Under the pieces are notes generated by a model, which searched no databases, was not told the origin of the DNA, and saw only the letters and a program-made list of their open reading frames with translations. A stretch of 59,831 nucleotides of DNA, the filler included, from Candidatus Tectimicrobiota bacterium (GTDB lineage Bacteria > JACPSX01): the NCBI GenBank assembly GCA_016193065.1. It is 3 parts of 3 records of this genome, joined end to end, with 100 filler letters (N's around TTAATTAATTAA, not from the genome) between each part and the next. Parts side by side here need not be neighbours in the genome. Positions count along the whole stretch, not along the records: positions 45,313 to 59,831 come from JACPSX010000008.1; 2 more parts are not named here. One strand, written 5' to 3'. The translations under genes and the position numbers were made by a program. Below are positions 48,901 through 58,199 of this stretch, piece by piece; position 1 is the stretch's first letter, and every line of letters begins with the position of its first letter.

Positions 48901-49596
48901 ATGAAGTTGGTCCTTCTCGACGTTGACGGCACACTCACCGCAACGAATGAGGTGGACACGAACTGCTTCGTGTCGGCATTCACGCGCTGCTTTGGTGTCG
49001 CCGCCATTGAGACCGATTGGACGCTGTATCGACACGCGACCGATCTGGGAATCCTGCAGGAGGTTTTTGCTAAGCATTTCGGTAGAGACCCCTCGCAGCG
49101 GGAAATCGCGCGGATGAGAGAATGCTTTCTGGAACATCTGCAGCGGGCCTGCACGGAGTCCCGATCGGTTTTTGTCCCGATCGATGGGGCTGCAGGCTTC
49201 CTTGCGGCTCTTGAGCGCCAAGACTGGGTTCCTGTTATAGCTACCGGTTGTTGGGCATCGTCGGCTCGCTTCAAGCTTGAAGTCGCGGATCTTCCGACCA
49301 CCTGCCCGGTTGCGTCATCGGAGGATGGAGTATCGCGGGAGGCTATTCTTCGGAAAGCTGTGGGACTCGCCCAACGTTTCTACGGAACGCCTGGGTTTTC
49401 TCGCGTGGTCAGCGTCGGCGATGGCGTCTGGGATGTAAAGACAGCTCAAGCCCTTTCGCTGCCTTTTACGGGAGTCGCACGCGGCCCTCAAGCGGACCGG
49501 TTGCGGGAATTGGGCGCTTCCCACGTCTTGACAGATTTTGTTGATCTGGCGCGGGCCTTTGAGGCTCTGGAATCTGCGCTTGTTCCTGGAAAGTAG
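48901..49596 (+). CDS. HAD-superfamily hydrolase
   Basis: LLDVDGTL, IATG, VGDGVWD. Confidence 0.85.
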   Translation: MKLVLLDVDGTLTATNEVDTNCFVSAFTRCFGVAAIETDWTLYRHATDLGILQEVFAKHFGRDPSQREIARMRECFLEHLQRACTESRSVFVPIDGAAGFLAALERQDWVPVIATGCWASSARFKLEVADLPTTCPVASSEDGVSREAILRKAVGLAQRFYGTPGFSRVVSVGDGVWDVKTAQALSLPFTGVARGPQADRLRELGASHVLTDFVDLARAFEALESALVPGK

Positions 49597-49805
49597 ATTC
49601 CTTTCAGGCGTCCTGGCGCGCGGGTTGCCGCGTCGACGGGTCACGGGTCAGGGGTCAGGCTTGCGTAATTGCTATTGGATGTTTGAGCAATGGTCTTACC
49701 TTTGGTCCGCTCGCGCTGGCGATGCGCTGACCTCCCGGGTGTTGAGTGATATCATTGAGTCCACCGGGAACAACGTGCCCTGCTCCCTTGGGTCACCTAT
49801 GAGGC

Positions 49806-49888
49806 CCCCGGTTGTCGAGGGCGGAAAACTCCGTTGACGAAAGACTCTTCACCACAGAGGCGACATCGCTTGCAGAAGTGATTCCGCT
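49806..49888 (+). repeat. ~83 nt direct repeat, copy 1 (copy 2 at 51680-51762)
   Basis: CCCCGGTTGTCRAGGGCGGAAAACTCCGTTGACGAAARACTCTTC... shared by both copies. Confidence 0.85.
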
Positions 49889-50014
49889 CCGACTTGGGAG
49901 GGCAACCCCATCCCGCCTTTTCCCCATCGATGGGGAAGGGATTGAGTTTTCAGTTGGCCGCTCGATAGCATCTCGGCCCAGCCGATACTGAGCCCGATCA
50001 AAACTGCGGGCTTC

Positions 50015-50212
50015 CGGCATGTTTCTGTGCAAGATGATCTCGCCGTCTCGGTCCAGGACACAGACTACATGGTCCTGGCGCATAGACGATTCCGCAGCAA
50101 TATCAGTCCTGTTTGGTGTAGAATGTCATGGAAGTCTCCTTCTGGAAAGTTATCCGGGATTGACCCGAGGATACCAAACAGAATGCCCGGGAGGGGGGTC
50201 TCAATGAGTAGT
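50015..50212 (-). mobile_element. IS110-family (IS1111-like) transposase 5' remnant and IS end
   Basis: Degraded MTFYTKQ..YCCGI / VCVLDRDGEIILHRNM matches an IS110 DEDD N-terminus; contains stops and frameshifts. Confidence 0.7.
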
Positions 50213-50291
50213 AGCGCGGTGCGGCGGACCGCGCGATCGCGGTGCTCGTGTCGGCTTCTGATCGCGAACGTTAGGGTGAGCCGGAGGTGTC

Positions 50292-50738
50292 ATGTCATTA
50301 CCGCCGTTTATGGATAGTGGAGATCTCCCCCCCGGCGTGCATCGGGCCTCGTTACGTGAAGCGTTGGACCGTTTCGGGATAGCCTCGGCTCGGCGGAAGG
50401 CCCTGGCCTTGCGACTTGAACGCATCTGCCAGGTTGCGCGCGCCAGCGGCTATCTGGCGCGGCTCGTCGTTTTCGGGTCGTTTGTAACGAGCGAGCCTGA
50501 GCCCAATGACGTGGATGTGTTCCTGCTGATGGAGGATACATTCGACGCATCCCGGCTCACCGGTGAAGCGCGGTTGCTGTTCGACCACGCAGCGGCCCAG
50601 GCCCACTTCGGTGGCAGCGTGTTTTGGCTCCGGCGTGTGGCCGCCCTTGCGGGCGAACAGGCGACGATAGAGTATTGGCAGGTGAAGCGTGGGGGTGGTC
50701 GGCGGGGGGTTGGCGAAATTGTCTGGGGGTCAGCATGA
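50292..50738 (+). CDS. DUF6932-like nucleotidyltransferase-fold protein
   Basis: GDLPPGVH, FGSFVT.EPEPNDVD (GS..DxD NTase motif). Confidence 0.8.
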   Translation: MSLPPFMDSGDLPPGVHRASLREALDRFGIASARRKALALRLERICQVARASGYLARLVVFGSFVTSEPEPNDVDVFLLMEDTFDASRLTGEARLLFDHAAAQAHFGGSVFWLRRVAALAGEQATIEYWQVKRGGGRRGVGEIVWGSA

Positions 50739-50941
50739 TTACTAATGACCAAGAGCTGGAAGCAACGCTGGACCGCATTAGGCATTTCCAGGCCCAGGTG
50801 GCGTATCTCCGCAAGATGGAGACTAACCCGGCGAACTACCACCTTGCCGCGTCCGGTTTCCTGGCGGAGATCGATCGGATGCAACTGGAGGTGAGGGAGT
50901 ACCTCGCCGTTCATCCCGCTGAGAACATGGGCCGAGTCTGA
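50735..50941 (+). CDS. Small helical partner protein (antitoxin-like)
   Basis: MITNDQELEATLDRI...EVREYL; ATGA overlap with the upstream gene. Confidence 0.7.
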   Translation: MITNDQELEATLDRIRHFQAQVAYLRKMETNPANYHLAASGFLAEIDRMQLEVREYLAVHPAENMGRV

Positions 50942-51113
50942 GAATGCGGGCACCCACGTGCTGTCCCTAACTGTGGCATGGTGTGCCATAGCAGGATGCA
51001 GGGCGCGTTGGGAAGGGGGGGCAGGCATGCAAAATGGCTTTTTGATGTTTGCGCGCGCGAGGAGACGTTGTTTCTGACTGAACTGGGCAGACTCAGCTCC
51101 TTGGGGGAACGAG

Positions 51114-51324
51114 GTGTTCTTCATTCACAAGCGGACGGGCGAGGCGCTCATTTTGAGCGCGCGTGACATGGATAAGAAGGAGCGGAGGAGTTATGCCACG
51201 ACGTAAGAGGCAAACCCGTGAGCGCGACCCCCTACCAGAGAACTTCGGTTCACTTGAGGAGTTCTGGACTTTCTGGGACGCCCATGGTACGGCCGACTAC
51301 GAGGATGTTAGGGAAAGAACGTGA
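51114..51324 (+). pseudogene. Remnant BrnT C-terminus plus truncated CopG/BrnA-like antitoxin
   Basis: VFFIHKRTGEALILSARDMDKKERRSY (51114-51206); MPRRK...LPENFGSLEEFWTFWDAHGTADYED (from 51193). Confidence 0.7.
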
Positions 51325-51650
51325 AAATCCTGAAGCGCAAAAATAGGATCTACGACACCGGCAAGTTCGGCCAGCCCCAGATCCGGGTCTATCACAAGGC
51401 GGGCAAAGGCAAGATGTGTCCACGCTATTTGCTCAAGTGCGGCTGCTGCGAGGAAAAATTGCAGATCTTCTATTCCGAAGACGGTCTCGAAATCGGCGGC
51501 GTCAACGGAGCGATAGAGGACTGGAAGGAGATTCTTCTCCCGCTTCTTCAGCTCAATGCGCGGAAGGGTGGGCGCAGAACAGCGAAAGGCAAAAACATCC
51601 GTCGCGCCCGAGCACTCACTCCATCGAAGGGCGCTTCGCGCTATCGCTGA
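51321..51650 (+). CDS. Hypothetical protein
   Basis: 109 aa; RYLLKCGCCE, LEIGGVNG; preceded by GTTAGGG. Confidence 0.6.
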   Translation: MKILKRKNRIYDTGKFGQPQIRVYHKAGKGKMCPRYLLKCGCCEEKLQIFYSEDGLEIGGVNGAIEDWKEILLPLLQLNARKGGRRTAKGKNIRRARALTPSKGASRYR

Positions 51651-51679
51651 TCTGACGCCTTACACCTGTGAGATCAGAT

Positions 51680-51762
51680 CCCCGGTTGTCAAGGGCGGAA
51701 AACTCCGTTGACGAAAAACTCTTCGCCACCGCGACGACGTCGCTTGCGGAAGTGATTCTGCT
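51680..51762 (+). repeat. ~83 nt direct repeat, copy 2
   Basis: Homologous to 49806-49888. Confidence 0.85.
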
Positions 51763-51811
51763 ATCGAGGTTCTCGATTCATCGGCTGTCCTTAACAGTCT
51801 CTGGAAAAGTC

Positions 51812-51905
51812 TGGTTCGTGGTTCGACAAGCTGACCACGAACGGTCAAGCAACAATGGATTCAATGCCTGCTCTGTTCGGCCTGAGCTCGTCGAAGGCCG
51901 AACAG
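51812..51905. repeat. REP-like palindromes (related copy at 46321-46349)
   Basis: GTTCGTGGTTCGACAAGCTGACCACGAAC and GTTCGGCCTGAGCTCGTCGAAGGCCGAAC. Confidence 0.7.
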
Positions 51906-52114
51906 GAGGTTTTTCAGGAACCTGCTAAGGCAGCGTCGATGACGACAGCCAAGGAAGGGAGAGTTCCTCGTGAACCATGGGCCCATCCGGGCATCATGGA
52001 AGTGCTCCCTACTCCTGCCTGCGCTGCGGGCGCGGCAGGCAGGCATCCCTCCCCCGCACGAGGGAGAAGAGATAAAGCTGCTGACGATAGGCAGACATCG
52101 TCATATATTATTTC

Positions 52115-52340
52115 GCATATCTTTTTCCTTATGTGCGAGATGGTGAAGAGCTATTTTTGAAGACTATGATTCCCAGTCGAAAAGCAACCAATAAGTACGT
52201 GAGGGCAAAGAAATGAAGAAGAAACTTTTAGAAGACGAAGAAAAGAATCTGATGGATTCTTACGACCGAGGGGAATGGCGGTCCGTCAAGAATCCAAAGC
52301 AGGAAGTGAAAAAGCTTCGGGAATATGCGAGAAATACCCC
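52115..52340 (+). pseudogene. Remnant BrnT-like toxin C-terminus plus truncated CopG-like antitoxin
   Basis: PYVRDGEELFLKTMIPSRKATNKY (to 52216); MKKKLLEDEEKNLMDSYDRGEWRSV...YARNT, then the similarity is lost. Confidence 0.7.
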
Positions 52341-52353
52341 GCAAGATGTCCTC

Positions 52354-53019
52354 CTATGTGCGCTGGCGGGCGGGTTGTGTGGCTTCAAGGGCCGCCATGA
52401 CCTCGGCCAGCGGCATCACGTCGCCGTACTTCATGTGGATGTCGAATAAGTTCACGGCGTGGGGGATTTGAGCCCGGTCCGCCACGCACTCCTCGGGCAC
52501 AATGACCCGCAAGTTGTGTGAGAATGCATCGACGGCAGTCGCCCGTACGCAGCCACTGGTCACCATGCCGGTCACGATGACCGTATCGACCCGGTGAAAG
52601 GTAAGCAGGCTTGCCAACTCAGTGCCAAAAAAAGCACTGGGTCGGCGTTTGCGAATCACGGTCTCGCTGGGTAACGGCTCCAGGTCCGGAACAATGCTAT
52701 GGGGATCAGGAAGCCCTGGAGGCAGTTGCCGACCCGAAGATTTCCACAATCCCCGCTCGGCTGGGTTGCGAACCGGCAGGCCGCCGGAGTAGAAGATCGG
52801 AAGTTGCAGACTGCGGCACAGATCCAGGAGTTGGCGGATCGCGGCGACGCATGGCCAGCCGGTCTTCCCGTATCCCGTGGGGGACCGATCATCGACGAAA
52901 GCGTAGGTCATGTCCACCACGATCAAGGCGGGCTGGGCGCCGAACCCGCGGCTCATACCCCATTCTTTCTGCATGGCAACCAGGTCTTCAGCGGGAATAA
53001 TGGTATCCCAAGCGGGCAT
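52354..53019 (-). CDS. Isochorismatase-family cysteine hydrolase (N-carbamoylsarcosine/maleamate amidase-like)
   Basis: PALIVVD, KRRPSAFFGT, GMVTSGCVRATAVDA. Confidence 0.9.
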   Translation of the reverse strand: MPAWDTIIPAEDLVAMQKEWGMSRGFGAQPALIVVDMTYAFVDDRSPTGYGKTGWPCVAAIRQLLDLCRSLQLPIFYSGGLPVRNPAERGLWKSSGRQLPPGLPDPHSIVPDLEPLPSETVIRKRRPSAFFGTELASLLTFHRVDTVIVTGMVTSGCVRATAVDAFSHNLRVIVPEECVADRAQIPHAVNLFDIHMKYGDVMPLAEVMAALEATQPARQRT

Positions 53020-53033
53020 GTCAATCTCTCCTC

Positions 53034-53807
53034 TTACATCCCGTTGCCACCGTGGGTGAGCAGACGGGTAACCTGAACACTGAACTCAAACAGCTGGGAG
53101 CTCTCGTAATTCCGTGGCCGGGGCAATTCGACCTTCATCTCCTGTCTAAGACGTCCCGGCCGGGGGCTCATGACCAGAATCCGATCTGCGAGATAAGATG
53201 CCTCAAAGCTATTGTGCGTGACAAACAGGACCGTCTTTCGGGTCGTATCCCAGAGTTCCAGGATTTGTTGCCGCATGCTGCGGGCCGTCAATTCATCCAG
53301 ACCACTAAATGGTTCGTCCATCAACAAAATCTCGGGGTCGACCGCAAAGGCGCGGGCGATGGCGGAGCGTTGCTGCATGCCACCCGACAGCTCGTGGGGA
53401 TGGGAATCACCAAAGCCGGCGAGTCCCACCTTCTCCAGCCAAGTCTCGGTGCGCTGGCGCCACTCGCTATGGGGAACGCCGATGGATTCCAGGGCAAAGT
53501 AGATGTTCTTCCGCACGGTCAACCACGGCAACAGCCGGGGCTCCTGAAAGACGTAACCGACACGGACAGGGTGGCTACCGTCATGGGATAGAGGACGGCT
53601 GTCGATTTCGATCCGCCCGGTGTAGTTTCGATCCAGCCCTCCGATGAGATTCAGAACGGTGCTTTTGCCGCATCCCGACGGGCCGACCAGACAGACGAAT
53701 TCACGGTCCGCCACTCCAAAGCGGATGTTGTCCAAAGAGAGTAACCCTTCAGGGTACGCCCGGCTCCGAAACAACTTGGAGATTATGTCGATGGTAATCG
53801 TTGCCAC
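53034..53807 (-). CDS. ABC transporter ATP-binding protein (NitT/TauT family)
   Basis: GPSGCGKS, LSGGMQQR, LLMDEPF, VTH. Confidence 0.95.
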   Translation of the reverse strand: MATITIDIISKLFRSRAYPEGLLSLDNIRFGVADREFVCLVGPSGCGKSTVLNLIGGLDRNYTGRIEIDSRPLSHDGSHPVRVGYVFQEPRLLPWLTVRKNIYFALESIGVPHSEWRQRTETWLEKVGLAGFGDSHPHELSGGMQQRSAIARAFAVDPEILLMDEPFSGLDELTARSMRQQILELWDTTRKTVLFVTHNSFEASYLADRILVMSPRPGRLRQEMKVELPRPRNYESSQLFEFSVQVTRLLTHGGNGM

Positions 53808-53864
53808 TGTGGTTCCCAGACTAATGCAATCCGAAATATCCCCGTCTTCTTTGCCTTCGTGGTA

Positions 53865-54677
53865 CTAGCCACTTATTTCCGGACGCCACCGAAAGAGCTT
53901 GCGCTCCAGAGGCTTCAGTATCCCGAGTTCGATGATGACCATGAACACGGTGAAGGAGAGAGTCCAGGCAAAGACATCCGCCATGTTGAACATCTGGAAC
54001 GAGTAGTTGAGCATGTAACCAATACCGTCGGACCTCCCCAGCAACTCGACCAATACGGTTACCTTCCAGACCACGCCGAGCCCAAAGCGGGTGGCTGCCA
54101 TCAGGTAGGGGAGCACCTGGGGAAGGACGACCCGGACCGTGCGCCGCCAGCGCGAGGCGCGGAAGACCCGGGCCATATCGACGAGCCGCTGATCAATGGC
54201 CTTGACCCCTTGCCAGATGTTGATCGCGATGGAGGGGAACGTGGTCCAGGAAATGGCCAGGATCGCCGCCCGGTCGTTCAGACCCAGCCACAGGAAGGAA
54301 ACGATGACGTAGCACAATCCGGGGATGGTCAAGCCGACCATGACCCAGAGGTCGAGCATCTGCTCTCCGCGGCGGAAGAGACCCATGAGAATGCCGGCCG
54401 CCACGCCCACGATCATGGCCAGGGCAAAGCTGGAGACCATCCGCACAATGGTGGCGAGAAAGTGCCCCCAAAGGGCCCCGCTAGCCGCGTGCTTGGCCAC
54501 GGCCATCACGGTCGACATGGGGCCGGGGACGTACTTGGGGGACACCAGAAGCGAGATGGCCTGCCACACCGCGATCATGAGCAGGACCGAAACCAACCGG
54601 TACGTCACCCCTTCCCAGGCGAGTGCCGGTTTCCTGGAAACGCTTGCTTGAGTCCTGGCCTGATCTGCGACAGCCAC
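53865..54677 (-). CDS. ABC transporter permease (NitT/TauT family)
   Basis: TM helices, DMARVFRA loop, W...V.VELLG..DGIG; start approximate. Confidence 0.9.
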   Translation of the reverse strand: MAVADQARTQASVSRKPALAWEGVTYRLVSVLLMIAVWQAISLLVSPKYVPGPMSTVMAVAKHAASGALWGHFLATIVRMVSSFALAMIVGVAAGILMGLFRRGEQMLDLWVMVGLTIPGLCYVIVSFLWLGLNDRAAILAISWTTFPSIAINIWQGVKAIDQRLVDMARVFRASRWRRTVRVVLPQVLPYLMAATRFGLGVVWKVTVLVELLGRSDGIGYMLNYSFQMFNMADVFAWTLSFTVFMVIIELGILKPLERKLFRWRPEISG

Positions 54678-54709
54678 GGCGCGGGAGCCTCCTGGGTGAG
54701 GAGAGCCGG

Positions 54710-55759
54710 TTACGGAGCGAAGCTCATATCGAACGTGCCGTCGGGGATCTGCTTGGGGATTCCCTCGGCGTCGCCGAAGACCTTCAGGACTTCCGCGGCG
54801 TAGCGGTACTGCTCGTCGATGAACTTCTTGTCCCACTTGGTCAGCAGATTGCTGGCGGTGCGCTCCCGCAGCAGTTTGGCGCCGGCCTCGGTTTTGATCC
54901 CCATCTGCTTGGCCAGTTCGGGCCAGACGCCGGCATGGGTCTTCAGGTACTCGAGGGACTCCTTGTAGGCCGCCACAAACCGTTTGGCAACGTCCGGGTT
55001 CGCCCTGGCCCAGGTTTCATTCATACTGATCGAGACCAGCATCGGGTCCTGACCGGCCTTCTCCCGCCAGATGTCTCCGATGTTGCCGATGGAGCGGAAT
55101 TTCCCCGTCTCCAGCAGTTGGACGATCTGGGGATCCAGGATCAGGATCGCGTCCAGTTCGCCCTTCTCCAGCAAGCCGATCAGAAGCGGGGGGGCGCCGA
55201 ACTGCACTTTGGACTCCTTGAGCGGGTCGAATCCGAAGTAGCGGACAGCTTCCAGACGGAAGAGCCAGGTGGTGGCGGCGCTCGGTCCCCCGAAGACACC
55301 GATCCTCTTCCCTTTCAGTTCGGCGATGCTCTTGAGCGGGGAGTCCGCGCGGACCATCACGTCGTTGGTGTAGCCATACACGGAGTAGACATTGATAAAC
55401 TTGTAACCTTGGGCACGCATCAAGGCAACGCTGAGCCAGCCGCCGAAACTAACTTGGAAATCTCCGGTTTGCATCACCGTGTAGAGGGCCTGGGGTCCGG
55501 CTGCTTTGATTTCCTCGATTTTCAAGTTGTATTTGTCTGCAATCCCCTTCGTCTGCATCACGTATATGGGGAAACGCTGGGTTCCCTCGATCACGGTGGC
55601 CTTCACGGTAGCCTGCTTGGGTCTTTCCGACCTGGCGGGCGCGGCCGCCGCCGGCGCGGGAATCGGCGGGGCCGCAAGGCCCACGACAAGGGCGAAAAAC
55701 AGCAAAGCCCATAGCACTCCGGCAGCCCCGATACGGCCCTGATGGCTTGGCCTACGCAT
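54710..55759 (-). CDS. ABC transporter substrate-binding protein (NMT1/SsuA-like)
   Basis: Signal peptide; SPLKSIAELKGKRIG; LEKGELDA. Confidence 0.88.
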   Translation of the reverse strand: MRRPSHQGRIGAAGVLWALLFFALVVGLAAPPIPAPAAAAPARSERPKQATVKATVIEGTQRFPIYVMQTKGIADKYNLKIEEIKAAGPQALYTVMQTGDFQVSFGGWLSVALMRAQGYKFINVYSVYGYTNDVMVRADSPLKSIAELKGKRIGVFGGPSAATTWLFRLEAVRYFGFDPLKESKVQFGAPPLLIGLLEKGELDAILILDPQIVQLLETGKFRSIGNIGDIWREKAGQDPMLVSISMNETWARANPDVAKRFVAAYKESLEYLKTHAGVWPELAKQMGIKTEAGAKLLRERTASNLLTKWDKKFIDEQYRYAAEVLKVFGDAEGIPKQIPDGTFDMSFAP

Positions 55760-56253
55760 CGCTCGCTCCCTCCGGAAACGGATCGTTTCCCCTTGGCCTG
55801 ATTTTCCCGGTCCATTTTCTGCGCGGTGCAAAGCTGTTCCCAAACGCGCTTTCCTGCCTGACAGAGCTGAAAAGTTCCGGCTCGCTTCCCCTGTTTGTGC
55901 CGGGAGTTCTGACATCTCTTCCTTTGTCCTTGCCGGGGCTGCGGGTAGTCGTACGACCTGCTGCCCTCCTGTGTGGGACCGGTCTTAGTGATGGTGGATT
56001 GATTGCATCATATGGGTTCGGCGGATTCGTTGTCAACCCGAAAAGGGGGAAAGGCTTTGTAAATGCGAGAGGAGGAGACGCGTGGTGACGGGGCGGGGGG
56101 GCGGCCCATGCGTCAGGCGCCGGCGGGCACCCGCACGCCACACTGCCGTGGGCGTGTATGCTCCGGCCCTGGCTCGGTTCCGCGTGGCTGCCCGGGGAGT
56201 ACGGGACGTTTTCGAGCAGCCCGGATTCGCGGGATGTTTTCAGAAGGACTTTC

Positions 56254-56640
56254 TTAGGACGGAGCCTCCGGGCTGGCTTTTCTGGCCTGAGCTTTGGCCC
56301 GGTTTTCGGCAATTGTCTTGCGCAGCTCATCCATATCGAGCCAGGCAAGCCGTTCGACCACCTTACCTCTGACCAAGTGCTGTTCGATGATCTCAGGTAC
56401 GTCCTCCACCGTCACCCCGGAATACCACGTGCCGTCCGGATGAACGACCAAGTTGGGACCGTGGCCGCAGGTTCCCAGTGAGCCGCAAGGGGTCACGTGA
56501 ATTTCCTCTTGCAGTTTGCGGGCCCGGACCTCGGCGCGGAATTTTTCCAGCACCGCTTCCGATCCCCGGGCGGCGCAGCAACCGTCATCATCGGGCTTGC
56601 GGTTGGTGCAAACGAAAACGTGGTGGCGGAACGGCAGCAT
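56254..56640 (-). CDS. Thioredoxin-like [2Fe-2S] ferredoxin
   Basis: HVFVCTN, CCAARGS, CGSLGTCGHGP, PDGTWY, EHL..G..VERL pattern. Confidence 0.88.
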   Translation of the reverse strand: MLPFRHHVFVCTNRKPDDDGCCAARGSEAVLEKFRAEVRARKLQEEIHVTPCGSLGTCGHGPNLVVHPDGTWYSGVTVEDVPEIIEQHLVRGKVVERLAWLDMDELRKTIAENRAKAQARKASPEAPS

Positions 56641-56747
56641 ATGTTCTCCTTTCAAGTCTTGGCGCGAATGTCCCACTCTTTTAACTGACTTCCAATAGTC
56701 CCGTCTATGATCTGGATCATAGATCCCCTTGATGAGACTTCTAAGGG

Positions 56748-57050
56748 ATGAAAAATTACGACGAGGTCATGCGAGCTGTCGGCCGGACTCTTAATCGTCT
56801 GCAGATTTCGGCCAGGGTCTGTGTGGGCTGGTCTGCAACCCCTCAGGGGTACGCCGTGAGCTTGAAACAGGGGTACCGGGAAGCCAGCAAGGTGATCCCC
56901 GTGCAGGAAATCGACGCATACTTTCAGGAAGGAGCCGGATCCGGCCGCCTGGAGGGCCTTGTCCGGTCCCTCCATTCCCAAGTCGCTTCTTCTCCGCATT
57001 ACTTGCGGGAGACCATCTACAAGGACCCTGCCGGCCGCCGCTACCTGTGA
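56748..57050 (+). CDS. Hypothetical protein
   Basis: 100 aa ORF divergent from the ferredoxin gene. Confidence 0.45.
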   Translation: MKNYDEVMRAVGRTLNRLQISARVCVGWSATPQGYAVSLKQGYREASKVIPVQEIDAYFQEGAGSGRLEGLVRSLHSQVASSPHYLRETIYKDPAGRRYL

Positions 57051-57129
57051 AGCTTGATCTTCCCCAGTTCTTGAAGGGCAGCGGCTAGACACGGGATCCC
57101 TCCTCCCGATAGAACTTCTCAACGTCATC

Positions 57130-57531
57130 TCAGGAAGAGAGCCTGCTGCGGCTCCGGCGGCGGAAAGCCGGATACAGGTTCTTGATGTTGGCGAGGATGG
57201 CAATCAGAGCTCCGATGACAGCGAGAACCGGGTGCAGGGTTGACGGATTTTCCTGAATGGATCCGGACAGCCCCGTGCCGAGAACGGTGATTAAAAAGAA
57301 TGTGGCTAGAAAGTTGATCCCTCCCCCCCACAAGAGATGGGCTCCAATGGAAACAATTCCGGCTACAAATCCCAGGTTGGTGTGAAGGTCCAGGGACCCT
57401 CTACCTGAAGATGCGACGAAACCGGCCACGGAGGCGGTGAGGAGGAGGATCAGCGCAAGGCTGCTTAGGATCATGCCGACTTGCTTCTGCATGGGAAGCC
57501 AATATACTCCGATCCGCGGCAGGATCGCCAA
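57130..57531 (-). CDS. Small 4-TM membrane protein
   Basis: Four hydrophobic helices with His residues; start uncertain. Confidence 0.55.
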   Translation of the reverse strand: MAILPRIGVYWLPMQKQVGMILSSLALILLLTASVAGFVASSGRGSLDLHTNLGFVAGIVSIGAHLLWGGGINFLATFFLITVLGTGLSGSIQENPSTLHPVLAVIGALIAILANIKNLYPAFRRRSRSRLSS

Positions 57532-57593
57532 TGAGAATATCCGGAGAATTGGCTGCCATGTGCTCGCTTCTCCTCCTATAGCGATCCATCCCC

Positions 57594-58199
57594 CTACGGG
57601 GGTAAGTAGTAAACCGAGGGATTGGTACCCAGCTCCGGGTGCAGGGGAGTCCCGCCGCGCTCCCGGATCAGGCGGGAGACCTCGCTGTCCGGATCCTCAA
57701 GATCCCCAAAGGTGCGGGCCCGCGCCGCACAGTTGGCCACACAGGCCGGATCGAGCCCCTCCGTGACTCGGTGCAGGCAGAAGTTGCACTTCATGACCAC
57801 CCCGGTGTTCTGATCCTGGTAGCGGTGCTCCTCATAGGGGGTGTAGCCCTGCCCCGGAAAATAACCCCGGTGATCCTCGTTGTAGTAGCGGGCCCCGTAC
57901 GGGCAGGCCATCATGCAGGCCCGGCAGCCCACGCACTTCTCCGGGTCAATATCCACAATCCCCCCCTCCCGCTGGTGGCTGGCCCCCGTGGGGCACACGT
58001 GGACGCAGGGCGGATCCTGGCAGTGAAAACACAACAAGGGCAGGAAGAGCAGCCGGGTGTTCGGGTAGGTGCCCATCTCCTGCTTCTGGACCCGGGCAAA
58101 GAACACCCCCGGCGGGGTGCCGTGCTCGGCCTTGCAGCTCAACTGGCAGCCGTAGCAGCCCACGCACCTCCTCAGATCAATGACCATCCCGTATCTCAT
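57594..58199 (-). CDS. 4x[4Fe-4S] subunit (DmsB/NrfC family)
   Basis: CVGCYGCQLSC, CFHCQDPPCVHVCP, CVGCRACMMACP, KCNFC...PACVANC. Confidence 0.93.
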   Translation of the reverse strand: MRYGMVIDLRRCVGCYGCQLSCKAEHGTPPGVFFARVQKQEMGTYPNTRLLFLPLLCFHCQDPPCVHVCPTGASHQREGGIVDIDPEKCVGCRACMMACPYGARYYNEDHRGYFPGQGYTPYEEHRYQDQNTGVVMKCNFCLHRVTEGLDPACVANCAARARTFGDLEDPDSEVSRLIRERGGTPLHPELGTNPSVYYLPP

